From: Minisyncoccota bacterium
Lineage (GTDB): Bacteria; Patescibacteriota; Minisyncoccia; UBA6257; JAAZHW01
Assembly (NCBI GenBank): GCA_035402745.1
Contig: DAONDV010000002.1
Location: 1 to 49,370, forward strand
Direction of reading: 5' to 3'
DNA length: 49,370 nucleotides
Of the stretch, positions 26,562 to 35,198 are shown piece by piece. A program made the translations under genes and the position numbers. The notes under the pieces are model-generated. The model had not been told where the DNA came from, searched no databases, and worked only from the letters and a program-made list of their open reading frames with translations. The stretch's first letter is position 1. Each line of letters begins with the position of its first letter.

Positions 26562-27836
26562 CTAATTTTCAATTTGAACTCTTTTTATTTCTGCTCCGAT
26601 TTTCTGCAACCTCTCTTCTATTTTTTCATAACCTCGATCAATTTCATTTGCTCCAACCAATTGACTTTTACCCTCGGCAACCAAGGCAGCAATGATCATT
26701 GTCGCTCCAGCGCGTAAATCACACGTTTTAATCTTCGCACCATAAAGCGGAGTAGGACCGGCTATTAAAACACGATGCGGATCACAAATAGTAATCTTCG
26801 CGCCCATTTGATTCAGCTCATCAACATATTTGAATCTCCCTTCAAAAAGAGTGTCAAAAACCAAAGTATTACCCTGCGCTTGTGTGCCAATCACAGCAAA
26901 AGGAGATTGCAAATCAGTCGGAAAACCAGGATAAGGCATGGTTTGAATTTTTGTTCCTATCAAATGAGAAATACTCCCCTCAATTAAGACAGACTCTTTA
27001 TCCATCTTATATGAAATTCCGAATTCTTTCAACTTACGAAAAATCATCTCCATATATTCTACTGGAGTATTTTTAATCGTCAAGTCGCTTCTAGTAGAAG
27101 CAGCCAAAGCCATAAAAGTTCCGGCTTCAATATAATCAGGCCAAATAAAATGTTCTACACCTCTTAAATTTTTACCACCTTTAATTCTAATGGAATGAGT
27201 GCCCAAACCATCAATTTCTACACCCATTTTTTTCAAAAATTCTCCCAATTCAACAATATGAGGCTCAGTAGCGCTCAAATGAATTTCATTAATTCCTTCT
27301 TGACCAGCAAAAAGCATCATTAAATTTTCCGTAGCAGTCACACTGAACTCTTTTAAAATAACAACACTATTACTTATATTTTCCGGGGATTTTAAATAGT
27401 ATTTCTCTTTTTCTTCTTGTTCCGATATCACTCCAACATCGCCGAATCCTTCCAAATGCGCATCTAATCCCCTAACGCCAATGCGACATCCGCCCGGCTT
27501 AGCGATTTTTATTTCTTTCATACGCGCTAACATCGGACCAGCAATCAACACGGATGCTCTAATCTTTTTTGCTAAAAGACTTTCCGGCTCCAACTTCAAA
27601 TCTTTGGCCTGAATTTTAATAGTCTTCTCTTCCAGCCATTCCACTTCTGCACCCAAACTCTTTATGATTTCTATCATAGTCAACACATCAGTCACTAAAG
27701 GAATGTTTTTGATGACGCAAGGTTCTTTAGTTAACAAGCAGGCAGACAAAATTGCCAGGGCGCCATTTTTAGTGCCCATTACCGAAATTTCTCCGCTGAT
27801 TTTTTTACCACCTTCAATCTCAAAAATCTCATTCAT
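26562..27836 (-). CDS. murA: UDP-N-acetylglucosamine 1-carboxyvinyltransferase
   Basis: KPGGCRIGVRGLD active-site Cys loop. Full-length EPSP-fold repeats. Confidence 0.95.
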   Translation of the reverse strand: MNEIFEIEGGKKISGEISVMGTKNGALAILSACLLTKEPCVIKNIPLVTDVLTMIEIIKSLGAEVEWLEEKTIKIQAKDLKLEPESLLAKKIRASVLIAGPMLARMKEIKIAKPGGCRIGVRGLDAHLEGFGDVGVISEQEEKEKYYLKSPENISNSVVILKEFSVTATENLMMLFAGQEGINEIHLSATEPHIVELGEFLKKMGVEIDGLGTHSIRIKGGKNLRGVEHFIWPDYIEAGTFMALAASTRSDLTIKNTPVEYMEMIFRKLKEFGISYKMDKESVLIEGSISHLIGTKIQTMPYPGFPTDLQSPFAVIGTQAQGNTLVFDTLFEGRFKYVDELNQMGAKITICDPHRVLIAGPTPLYGAKIKTCDLRAGATMIIAALVAEGKSQLVGANEIDRGYEKIEERLQKIGAEIKRVQIEN

Positions 27837-27873
27837 AATTATATTTAACCTGATAATAATCTAAAAATCAATG

Positions 27874-27909
27874 AAAAAAGGGTTCTGAAAAATACATCAG
27901 AACCCTTTG
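27874..27909 (-). terminator. Intrinsic terminator after the small Cys-rich ORF
   Basis: Minus strand AAGGGTTCTGA-loop-TCAGAACCCTT followed by U6. Confidence 0.65.
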
Positions 27910-27913
27910 TTAT

Positions 27914-28081
27914 TTAAGCTGTGGGTGGATAATCCCGATAGCCGCAACAATGACATTCGCGCCAATATCCACGGCTAGAGGAATCGGAAACAACAGGTGA
28001 AATAAAATGCTTCAATACTTTCTGCAAAAAACTTTTTTCAAATGAAACGCTTTTATATCTCCACTTTCTTTTGCCACACAT
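27914..28081 (-). CDS. Possible small Cys-rich (zinc-ribbon-like) protein, start uncertain
   Basis: Manual translation from the first ATG: MCGKRKWRYKSVSFEKSFLQKVLKHFISPVVSDSSSRGYWRECHCCGYRDYPPTA. The frame is open 27 codons further upstream and there encodes KCP before the Met. Strong SD at 28106-28114. Terminator follows directly. Confidence 0.3.
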   Translation of the reverse strand: MCGKRKWRYKSVSFEKSFLQKVLKHFISPVVSDSSSRGYWRECHCCGYRDYPPTA

Positions 28082-28118
28082 GGGACATTTCTGTTTTTTC
28101 GTGTTTCCTCCTTCAATT

Positions 28119-28325
28119 TTAAAATTGATAAATAAACAAATCCGAAAGATCGGGAAAAATTATCAAAAAATATAACATAGCGGAAGAAAAAACAGAAAAA
28201 ATTTTAAACCCAAACAATAAATCAGAATATTTTTTATTGAAAACAACAGCAAACATACGAATGATGGTACAGAAAGAAAATATCCAAGCGACGAATGGGA
28301 TCAACCAAAGAAAAAACAGGCACAT
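28119..28325 (-). CDS. Small two-TM membrane protein (68 aa)
   Basis: AAGGAG SD 6 nt upstream of the ATG. Hydrophobic helices. Confidence 0.45.
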   Translation of the reverse strand: MCLFFLWLIPFVAWIFSFCTIIRMFAVVFNKKYSDLLFGFKIFSVFSSAMLYFLIIFPDLSDLFIYQF

Positions 28326-28413
28326 ATCCAGCTCCTTATTGATGTATTTAAATAGCTAAATCTTATATTAATCATTTCAAATATAAAGTAAAGTATGTTA
28401 AAATATTGATGTT

Positions 28414-28857
28414 ATGATTACTAATTCTCCGAAACAAACACAAAAAATCGCCGAATTACTCGTAAAAACCATCACTAAAAATTCCCATGACAACCCTAAT
28501 ATTTTTGCCCTACAAGGAGATTTGGGAGCCGGCAAAACCACATTTATTCAAGGGGTTGCCAAAGCCCTAAAAATAAAGGAAAAAATTCTAAGCCCCACCT
28601 TTGTATTAATGAAAAAATTTCCTCTGGATAAAAAATTACCGTTTTCTGAACTATATCATTTTGATTGTTATCGTTTCGATCAACCGCAAGAAGTATTGGT
28701 TTTGGGATTTAAAGAAATAATCAAAAATCCTAAGAATATTATTTTTATTGAATGGCCGGAAAAAATCAAAAAACTTATTCCTAAAAATGCGATTTGGATT
28801 AATTTTAAAGTGGTCGGTAAAAATAAAAGAAGTATTGTCATCGACGACCAATATTAA
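28414..28857 (+). CDS. tsaE: tRNA t6A37 biosynthesis ATPase TsaE
   Basis: GDLGAGKTTFIQG Walker A, SPTF, and YHFDCYR blocks. Confidence 0.9.
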   Translation: MITNSPKQTQKIAELLVKTITKNSHDNPNIFALQGDLGAGKTTFIQGVAKALKIKEKILSPTFVLMKKFPLDKKLPFSELYHFDCYRFDQPQEVLVLGFKEIIKNPKNIIFIEWPEKIKKLIPKNAIWINFKVVGKNKRSIVIDDQY

Positions 28858-28884
28858 TCATACAAATATTGGTATCACACTTTT

Positions 28885-31491
28885 ATGAAAACTCTGGTTA
28901 TTATAGATGCAAATGCCCTCATTCACCGATGCTTCCATGCCCTACCCCCATTAACTACGCCCAAAGGAGAACCCATTGGCGCTGTTTATGGCACCACTAA
29001 TATTATTTTAAAAATGATACGCGAATTGAATCCCACTCATATAGCGGCTTGTTTTGACTTGGGAGAACCGACTTTTAGACACCAAGAGTTTAAAGAATAC
29101 AAAGGAAAAAGAGAGAAAACTCCGGAAGATCTGGGGCCGCAATTCGCTGCCACAAAAAAACTTTTTGATGCTTTAGGAATAAAACATTTTGAAAAATCGG
29201 GATTTGAGGCGGATGATCTCATTGGAGCTTTAACGGAGAAATTCAAAAACGAAGCGGACAAAGTCCTTATCGTAACCGGCGACTTAGACACTCTGCAATT
29301 AGTAGAAGATAAAAAAGTCATGGTTTACACCATGAAAAAAAGCTGGCAAGAAACCACTATATATGATGAAGAGGCTGTAAAAGCCAGATTTGAATTATTG
29401 CCCAATCAAATGACCGACTTCAAAGGAATCAAAGGCGACCCCTCTGACAATATACCTGGAGTTCTAGGCATCGGCGAAAAAGGAGCCATTACTATTTTAA
29501 AAGCATATGGTTCTTTGGAAAATCTTTATAAGGCAATGGAAGATCCGCTTTTTGAACCACCCAAAGAAATAAAATCCGGGACAATCAAAAAATTACGAGA
29601 ACAAAAAGAACAAGCTTTCTTCAGTAAATATCTAGCCACCATTAGAAAAGACATAACACTAGGCACGTCTCTTATAGATTTAAAATTCAACGATTTTGAC
29701 CCCAATAAGATTGTTCCTCTTTTTAAAGAATGGCGTTTTGATAGTTTAATTCCCAGATTAAAAATGGCCTCCATAAACAAAACAGAAGATGAGAAAATAG
29801 AACAGCCAAACCCGGAACAATCAAATGCGCCGAAAGAAGCTATTAATCCAGAAGGAGATTTAACATCTTTAAACACCGTAAAAAGCGGCGATGAAATAAC
29901 CCTCTATAATGAAGGCGAGGTATTGGAAATCATTTGGGATTATAAAATCTCTTTAATCCCTTTGAATAGCAATGAACTGCAATTAATCAAACCCATGCTA
30001 GAATCGCCAGAAATTTTAAAGACTGGCTGGCAATTAAAAGAACTTTATAAAAAACTAAAAAATTTAAATATTGAATTGGCGGGCTTTCATCACGATATAA
30101 AAATCGCCAGCTGGCTTTTAAATTCCGAGGTTAAAGATTATTCTATAGAAAAAATATACCAGCGTAGTTTTAAAATTGACTTCCCTATCAACGAAAAGAA
30201 AGTGGCCACTATCAAAAAAATTAAGGAGCTGCAAAGAAAAAAGATAAAAGAACTAGAATTAGAAAATGTTTTTTACAATATTGAAATGCCTTTAATTCCC
30301 ATTTTAGGACAAATGGAAACAGATGGCATTGAATTAAACATTCCGCATTTTCAAAAACTTTCCAAAGAAATCACAAAAGAGATAAAAGAACTGGAAGAAC
30401 AAATTCATAAACTAGCCGAATCCGATTTCAATATCAGCTCACCCAAACAACTTTCGGAAATTTTATTCCAAAAATTAAATATCTCCACCAAAGGACTAAA
30501 AAAGACTCCGGGTGGAGTAATTTCCACGCAAGAAACCGAATTAAACAAGATAGCCGATAAACATGCTATTATCCCGCTGATTTTGAAGCATCGCGAATTG
30601 ATGAAATTAAAAAATACTTATATTGACCCCCTACCAGAACTAGCGGATGAAAAAAAACATATTCATACCAATTATAATCAAGCTGGTACGACCACTGGGC
30701 GCCTATCTTCCGATAATCCTAATTTACAAAATATTCCAGCTCAAGGACAATGGGCTCAAAAGATTAGAGAAGGATTTGTTTGCGATCCGGAAAAAGTTTT
30801 AATCAGCTTAGACTATTCTCAAATAGAATTACGTATTGCCGCAGCGCTTTCCCAAGACAAAAAAATGACCCAAGCATTTAAAGAAGGAAAAGACATTCAC
30901 TCTTTAACCGCTTCAGAAATAAACAACACCACCATAGACAAAATTACTCCGGAAATGAGAAGACAAGCCAAAGTTTTAAATTTTGGGGTCTTGTACGGCA
31001 TGGGCAGTCGCGCATTCGCTCAAGAGGCGGGATTACCCAAAGAAAAAGCGGCTAATTTCATTGAAGAGTATTATCATGATTTTAGCGGCATCAAGGAATG
31101 GCAAGAAAAAATTATTGAGCAAGGAAAAACAATCGGCTATATCACTACTTTGACTGGCAGGAAAAGATGGGTATTAGATTTAGCTTCACAAAATCAAAAA
31201 TATCGCGCCATGGCCGAACGCGCCGCTATCAACTTCCCCATTCAAGGCTTGGCAGCGGATATTATTAAAATAGCCATGATTGAAATTGATAAAAATTTAA
31301 AAGAAAAAAAATTAACCGATAAAATAAAAATGCTTTTACAAATCCATGATGAATTGATTTTTGAAGTTTACAAAAATTATTCCGAAAAAGCCAAAGAATT
31401 GATAGATAAAATAATGGAAAATACTTTTAAATTAGACTCTGTAGAAATTAAAGCTGATTCTAAAGTAGGAAAAAACTTAGCAGAATTATAA
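28885..31491 (+). CDS. polA: DNA polymerase I (5'-3' exonuclease + vestigial 3'-5' exo region + polymerase)
   Basis: FEN domain (GFEADDLIG, GDLDTLQL), motif A DYSQIELRI, motif B RRQAKVLNFGVLYG, motif C QIHDELIFE. The region where ExoI DxE is expected reads ITLYNEGEV, so proofreading carboxylates appear absent. Confidence 0.95.
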   Translation: MKTLVIIDANALIHRCFHALPPLTTPKGEPIGAVYGTTNIILKMIRELNPTHIAACFDLGEPTFRHQEFKEYKGKREKTPEDLGPQFAATKKLFDALGIKHFEKSGFEADDLIGALTEKFKNEADKVLIVTGDLDTLQLVEDKKVMVYTMKKSWQETTIYDEEAVKARFELLPNQMTDFKGIKGDPSDNIPGVLGIGEKGAITILKAYGSLENLYKAMEDPLFEPPKEIKSGTIKKLREQKEQAFFSKYLATIRKDITLGTSLIDLKFNDFDPNKIVPLFKEWRFDSLIPRLKMASINKTEDEKIEQPNPEQSNAPKEAINPEGDLTSLNTVKSGDEITLYNEGEVLEIIWDYKISLIPLNSNELQLIKPMLESPEILKTGWQLKELYKKLKNLNIELAGFHHDIKIASWLLNSEVKDYSIEKIYQRSFKIDFPINEKKVATIKKIKELQRKKIKELELENVFYNIEMPLIPILGQMETDGIELNIPHFQKLSKEITKEIKELEEQIHKLAESDFNISSPKQLSEILFQKLNISTKGLKKTPGGVISTQETELNKIADKHAIIPLILKHRELMKLKNTYIDPLPELADEKKHIHTNYNQAGTTTGRLSSDNPNLQNIPAQGQWAQKIREGFVCDPEKVLISLDYSQIELRIAAALSQDKKMTQAFKEGKDIHSLTASEINNTTIDKITPEMRRQAKVLNFGVLYGMGSRAFAQEAGLPKEKAANFIEEYYHDFSGIKEWQEKIIEQGKTIGYITTLTGRKRWVLDLASQNQKYRAMAERAAINFPIQGLAADIIKIAMIEIDKNLKEKKLTDKIKMLLQIHDELIFEVYKNYSEKAKELIDKIMENTFKLDSVEIKADSKVGKNLAEL

Positions 31492-31494
31492 ATA

Positions 31495-31533
31495 AAAAAT
31501 CAAAGAGCGGACACTTCGTGTCCGCTCTTTTTT
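31495..31533. terminator. Bidirectional terminator between polA and 31539..32270
   Basis: GAGCGGACAC-TTC-GTGTCCGCTC with flanking A and T runs. Confidence 0.7.
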
Positions 31534-31538
31534 AAAAT

Positions 31539-32270
31539 TTAAATTATTACTCTACGAGCTCCCAGAGCTCTGTTAGAACGATTGCAACTCTGCCAATTAA
31601 TATGAATTCCGCCACCATTATCATCTTGACGCCAACTCACACTAGGCACGAGGCCATTCCATCGAGAATCGCCACAAAGAGTGGAGCCAATCACATCCAA
31701 ATGCTTGCCTGTCTTGTTATAAAATTTGAATTCTTGAAGCAATCTTTCCGCCAAAGTTTCAGTAATTATATTATTGGATTCAACAAAATTGGCTGATAAA
31801 TTTTTGAGATCGTCATCCGATTCTTGATTATCGCTGACCCAAACAGCATAAGATCCAGTCTCACTATTGCGCACAGAAACGACAATCTGATCCAAATTTT
31901 CATCCGTCCACTTCCATCCCCATCCATAAATAGCTCGATATTTCTGAAAAAGCATCTCCAAGGTTACACCCTTAGCAACAATAAGCAGATTCCATCCTCT
32001 ACCAGGATATTTAGGAATATAAACCTCGGAAAAATCCAAATGGAGATTAAAAAACTTTTGATAAAAAAGACGCCAATTATAAACATTATTAATAATAAAT
32101 TCCTCAGTAGAAACCAAAGGCTTTGCTACATCCGAATCAGTTGGCTTTGTTTTTTTTAAAAATTCCGCCAATTGTTCGGGAGTAATAACCCCGTGTTGAA
32201 GCTTGTGGCCCAAATCCGTCAACATGCCAAGCACTTTACCCGGCACGTCACCGACCATCACTTTTTTCAT
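31539..32270 (-). CDS. Hypothetical protein (243 aa), compositionally atypical
   Basis: AAGGAG SD 6 nt upstream. Own consensus promoter and terminator. No motif I recognise. Confidence 0.6.
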   Translation of the reverse strand: MKKVMVGDVPGKVLGMLTDLGHKLQHGVITPEQLAEFLKKTKPTDSDVAKPLVSTEEFIINNVYNWRLFYQKFFNLHLDFSEVYIPKYPGRGWNLLIVAKGVTLEMLFQKYRAIYGWGWKWTDENLDQIVVSVRNSETGSYAVWVSDNQESDDDLKNLSANFVESNNIITETLAERLLQEFKFYNKTGKHLDVIGSTLCGDSRWNGLVPSVSWRQDDNGGGIHINWQSCNRSNRALGARRVII

Positions 32271-32339
32271 GGTCAGCTCCTTTTTCTCTGCCTACCCCTC
32301 TCAGGGTTAAGTCTTTATGAGTTTTTAAAGAACAAAAAT

Positions 32340-32367
32340 ATTATAGAACTTTAAAAAAATATGTCAA
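32340..32367 (-). promoter_or_regulatory. Near-consensus sigma70 promoter for 31539..32270
   Basis: Minus strand TTGACA-16 nt-TATAAT. Confidence 0.55.
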
Positions 32368-32390
32368 ATAATTTATATCCTTTAAAAACC

Positions 32391-32418
32391 TTGCCCAAAG
32401 CTTATTTTCGCGTATAAT
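32391..32418 (+). promoter_or_regulatory. leuS promoter (very short leader)
   Basis: TTGCCC-16 nt-TATAAT. The -10 ends 12 nt before the leuS ATG. No SD is visible. Confidence 0.45.
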
Positions 32419-32430
32419 TAAAATACGCGT

Positions 32431-34881
32431 ATGAAATACAATCATCTTAAAATCGAGCCTAAATGGCAAAAAGTTTGGGCAAAAAACAAATACAAAAACT
32501 GGCAAAGCCAGGATTTTTCCAAAAAACCCAAAAAATACGTTTTGGATATGTTCCCCTATCCGTCAGGAGACGGATTGCATGTAGGACACTTGGAGGGCTA
32601 TGTGGCTACCGATATCTATTCCCGCTATCTAAGAATGACCAATCATAACGTAGTCCACCCTATGGGTTGGGATGCTTTTGGCTTACCGGCTGAAAACTAT
32701 GCCATTAAAACAAATACTCATCCGGAACAAGTTGTAGAAAAAAATGTAAAAAATTTTAAACGCCAAATTCAAAGCTTTGGTCTTTCTTATGATTGGAGCA
32801 AAGAAATAAACACCACCGATCCGGAATATTATAAATGGACTCAATGGATATTTTTACAACTCTTTAAAGCGGGTCTTGCTTATGAAGACTACAAGCCTAT
32901 TAACTTTTGCCCCTCCTGTAAAACTGGATTAGCCAATGAAGAAGTAATTGATAATAAATGCGCGAGATGCAATTCTGTTGTAGAAAAGAAAAAACTTAGA
33001 CAATGGATGCTTAAAATTACCGACTACGCCGATAAATTACTTGAAGGATTAGACAAATTAGATTGGCCACAAAGTGTTAAGGATTTGCAAAGAAATTGGA
33101 TTGGAAGATCAGAAGGAGCGCATATTAAATTTAAAGTTCAATCCGATGTGGGCAGAATCGGAGAAATAGAAGTCTTTACCACTCGACCAGACACTTTATT
33201 CGGGGCTACTTATTTAGTACTATCCCCGGAACATCCATTAATTTCACAATGGAAAGTTCACGTAACCAACCATTCCGAAGTAGAAAGATACGCCGATGCT
33301 GCTTTTCAAAAAACAGAAGAAGAGCGCACCGATCCGCAAAAATCAAAAACCGGCGTAGAATTACACGGCATTGAAGCCATTAACCCCGCCAATAATCGCC
33401 CTATTCCCATTTGGATTTCCGACTATGTTTTGATGGGCTATGGAACAGGAGCTATTATGGCTGTTCCTGCTCACGATACTCGCGATTTTGAATTTGCCAA
33501 AAAATTCAATTTAGAGATTATTCAAGTAATCAAACCAGAAAAAGAAATTGTGGGTATGGATGAAATTTACACTGGTAACGGAACTTTAATTAATTCCGGT
33601 AATTTTAGCGGATTAAATAATGAAATCGCCAAAGAAAAAATCTGTCTTTACACCTCCAGCAAAAAAACTGTCGCCTATCATTTACGCGACTGGGTTTTTT
33701 CCAGACAAAGATATTGGGGAGAACCAATTCCTATAATCAAATGCGAAAAATGCGGTAACGTTCCCTTGAAAGAAAAAGATTTGCCACTCAAATTACCAAA
33801 AGTAAAATCATACCAACCATCCGGCACAGGAGAATCTCCCTTGGCTAGTATTGAAAAATGGGTTAATACAAAATGCCCTAAATGCGGTGGCCCAGCCAAA
33901 CGCGAAACCAACACCATGCCACAATGGGCTGGTTCTTGCTGGTATTACTTAAGATACATTGATCCGAAAAATAAAAAAGCTTTTATTGACGCAAAAAAAG
34001 AAAAATACTGGATGCCGGTAGATTTATATGTAGGCGGAGCCGAACACGCTGTTTTGCATTTGCTCTACGCTAGATTTTGGCACAAATTCTTATACGACCA
34101 AAAATTACTCACCTCTAATGAACCATTCAAAAAATTAATCAATCAAGGAATTATTCTTGGCGATAACCGCGAAAAAATGTCCAAGTCCAAGGGTAATGTG
34201 GTCAATCCTGATGAAATTATTAAAGAATACGGCGCCGACACTCTAAGAATGTATGAAATGTTTATGGGTCCATTGGAAACTATGAAACCGTGGGACGCAG
34301 CCGGAATCAGCGGAGTAAATAGATTTTTAAATCGTATTTGGAATTTAATTTCAGAACAAATCAAAGCAACCAATTGGAAAAAAATAAAAGACAATGCCAA
34401 ACAAAGAAAAGCCTTGCACCAAGCCATTAAGCGCGCCACTAAAGACATAGAAAATCTTTCCTTTAACACCGCTATTAGTGGAATGATGGAATGCTTGAAC
34501 GTTTTTACCGAGAAAGAAGAATCAGATTCTTTGGCGATGCCACAAGTTAAAAAAGAATATTTAGAAGACTTTTTGAAAATCCTCGCTCCCTTTGCTCCAC
34601 ACATTACCGAAGAATTATGGCAAATGCTAGGACACAAAAAATCCATCCATTTGGAAAAATGGCCAAAATATAATGAAAAATTCTTAATAGAAAAAGATTT
34701 CGAATTAATTGTGCAAATCAATGGAAAGGTGCGAGATAGAATCAAATCCCCGATTGATATCTCGCAAGACAATGCAGAAAAACTAGTTATGAAACAAGAG
34801 AAAATAAAGCAATTTCTAAACGGACAAACCCCCAAAAAGATAATCTTCATAAAAAATAGACTGATTAATATAGTGATTTAA
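32431..34881 (+). CDS. leuS: Leucyl-tRNA synthetase
   Basis: PYPSGDGLHVGH (HIGH), KMSKSKGN, CP1 editing domain, zinc-binding Cys pairs. Confidence 0.95.
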   Translation: MKYNHLKIEPKWQKVWAKNKYKNWQSQDFSKKPKKYVLDMFPYPSGDGLHVGHLEGYVATDIYSRYLRMTNHNVVHPMGWDAFGLPAENYAIKTNTHPEQVVEKNVKNFKRQIQSFGLSYDWSKEINTTDPEYYKWTQWIFLQLFKAGLAYEDYKPINFCPSCKTGLANEEVIDNKCARCNSVVEKKKLRQWMLKITDYADKLLEGLDKLDWPQSVKDLQRNWIGRSEGAHIKFKVQSDVGRIGEIEVFTTRPDTLFGATYLVLSPEHPLISQWKVHVTNHSEVERYADAAFQKTEEERTDPQKSKTGVELHGIEAINPANNRPIPIWISDYVLMGYGTGAIMAVPAHDTRDFEFAKKFNLEIIQVIKPEKEIVGMDEIYTGNGTLINSGNFSGLNNEIAKEKICLYTSSKKTVAYHLRDWVFSRQRYWGEPIPIIKCEKCGNVPLKEKDLPLKLPKVKSYQPSGTGESPLASIEKWVNTKCPKCGGPAKRETNTMPQWAGSCWYYLRYIDPKNKKAFIDAKKEKYWMPVDLYVGGAEHAVLHLLYARFWHKFLYDQKLLTSNEPFKKLINQGIILGDNREKMSKSKGNVVNPDEIIKEYGADTLRMYEMFMGPLETMKPWDAAGISGVNRFLNRIWNLISEQIKATNWKKIKDNAKQRKALHQAIKRATKDIENLSFNTAISGMMECLNVFTEKEESDSLAMPQVKKEYLEDFLKILAPFAPHITEELWQMLGHKKSIHLEKWPKYNEKFLIEKDFELIVQINGKVRDRIKSPIDISQDNAEKLVMKQEKIKQFLNGQTPKKIIFIKNRLINIVI

Positions 34882-34912
34882 AAAAACAGCTCCGCCATGG
34901 CGGAGCTGTTTT
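34882..34912. terminator. Bidirectional terminator after leuS
   Basis: AAAACAGCTCCGCC / GGCGGAGCTGTTTT. Confidence 0.7.
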
Positions 34913-34937
34913 AAATTATCTTTTTTAATACTAAATA

Positions 34938-35150
34938 TTACTTTCTGGTCTTTATTTCCTTAATACGTTTTCTATCAGCTTTGATACTTTCAACAAGTTG
35001 TTTCATGGTTTCTATTTGGTCCTCAGCCGCATCTACAATATCCAAGTATGCTTTTCTCGTATTCTCTGTTACCAATGGCTTCAGCTGTTTTTCCAATATT
35101 CTTAATCCTCTTTCTAAATTATCGATTGTCCTCTTTTTTTCAATTACCAT
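34938..35150 (-). CDS. Small helical hypothetical protein (70 aa)
   Basis: AAAGGAGGA SD at correct spacing. Charged coiled-coil-like sequence. Confidence 0.5.
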   Translation of the reverse strand: MVIEKKRTIDNLERGLRILEKQLKPLVTENTRKAYLDIVDAAEDQIETMKQLVESIKADRKRIKEIKTRK

Positions 35151-35198
35151 TATTCCTCCTTTTTTGATTTATCAAGAACTAAGAATAGCCTATCATTA

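Noticed and set aside
34143-34850. 235-aa ORF antisense to leuS
   Set aside because: It lies entirely inside a well-supported leuS coding region. The Phe/Ser/Cys/Ile-rich low-complexity translation is typical of the reverse frame of an AT-rich gene, and there is no SD or promoter.
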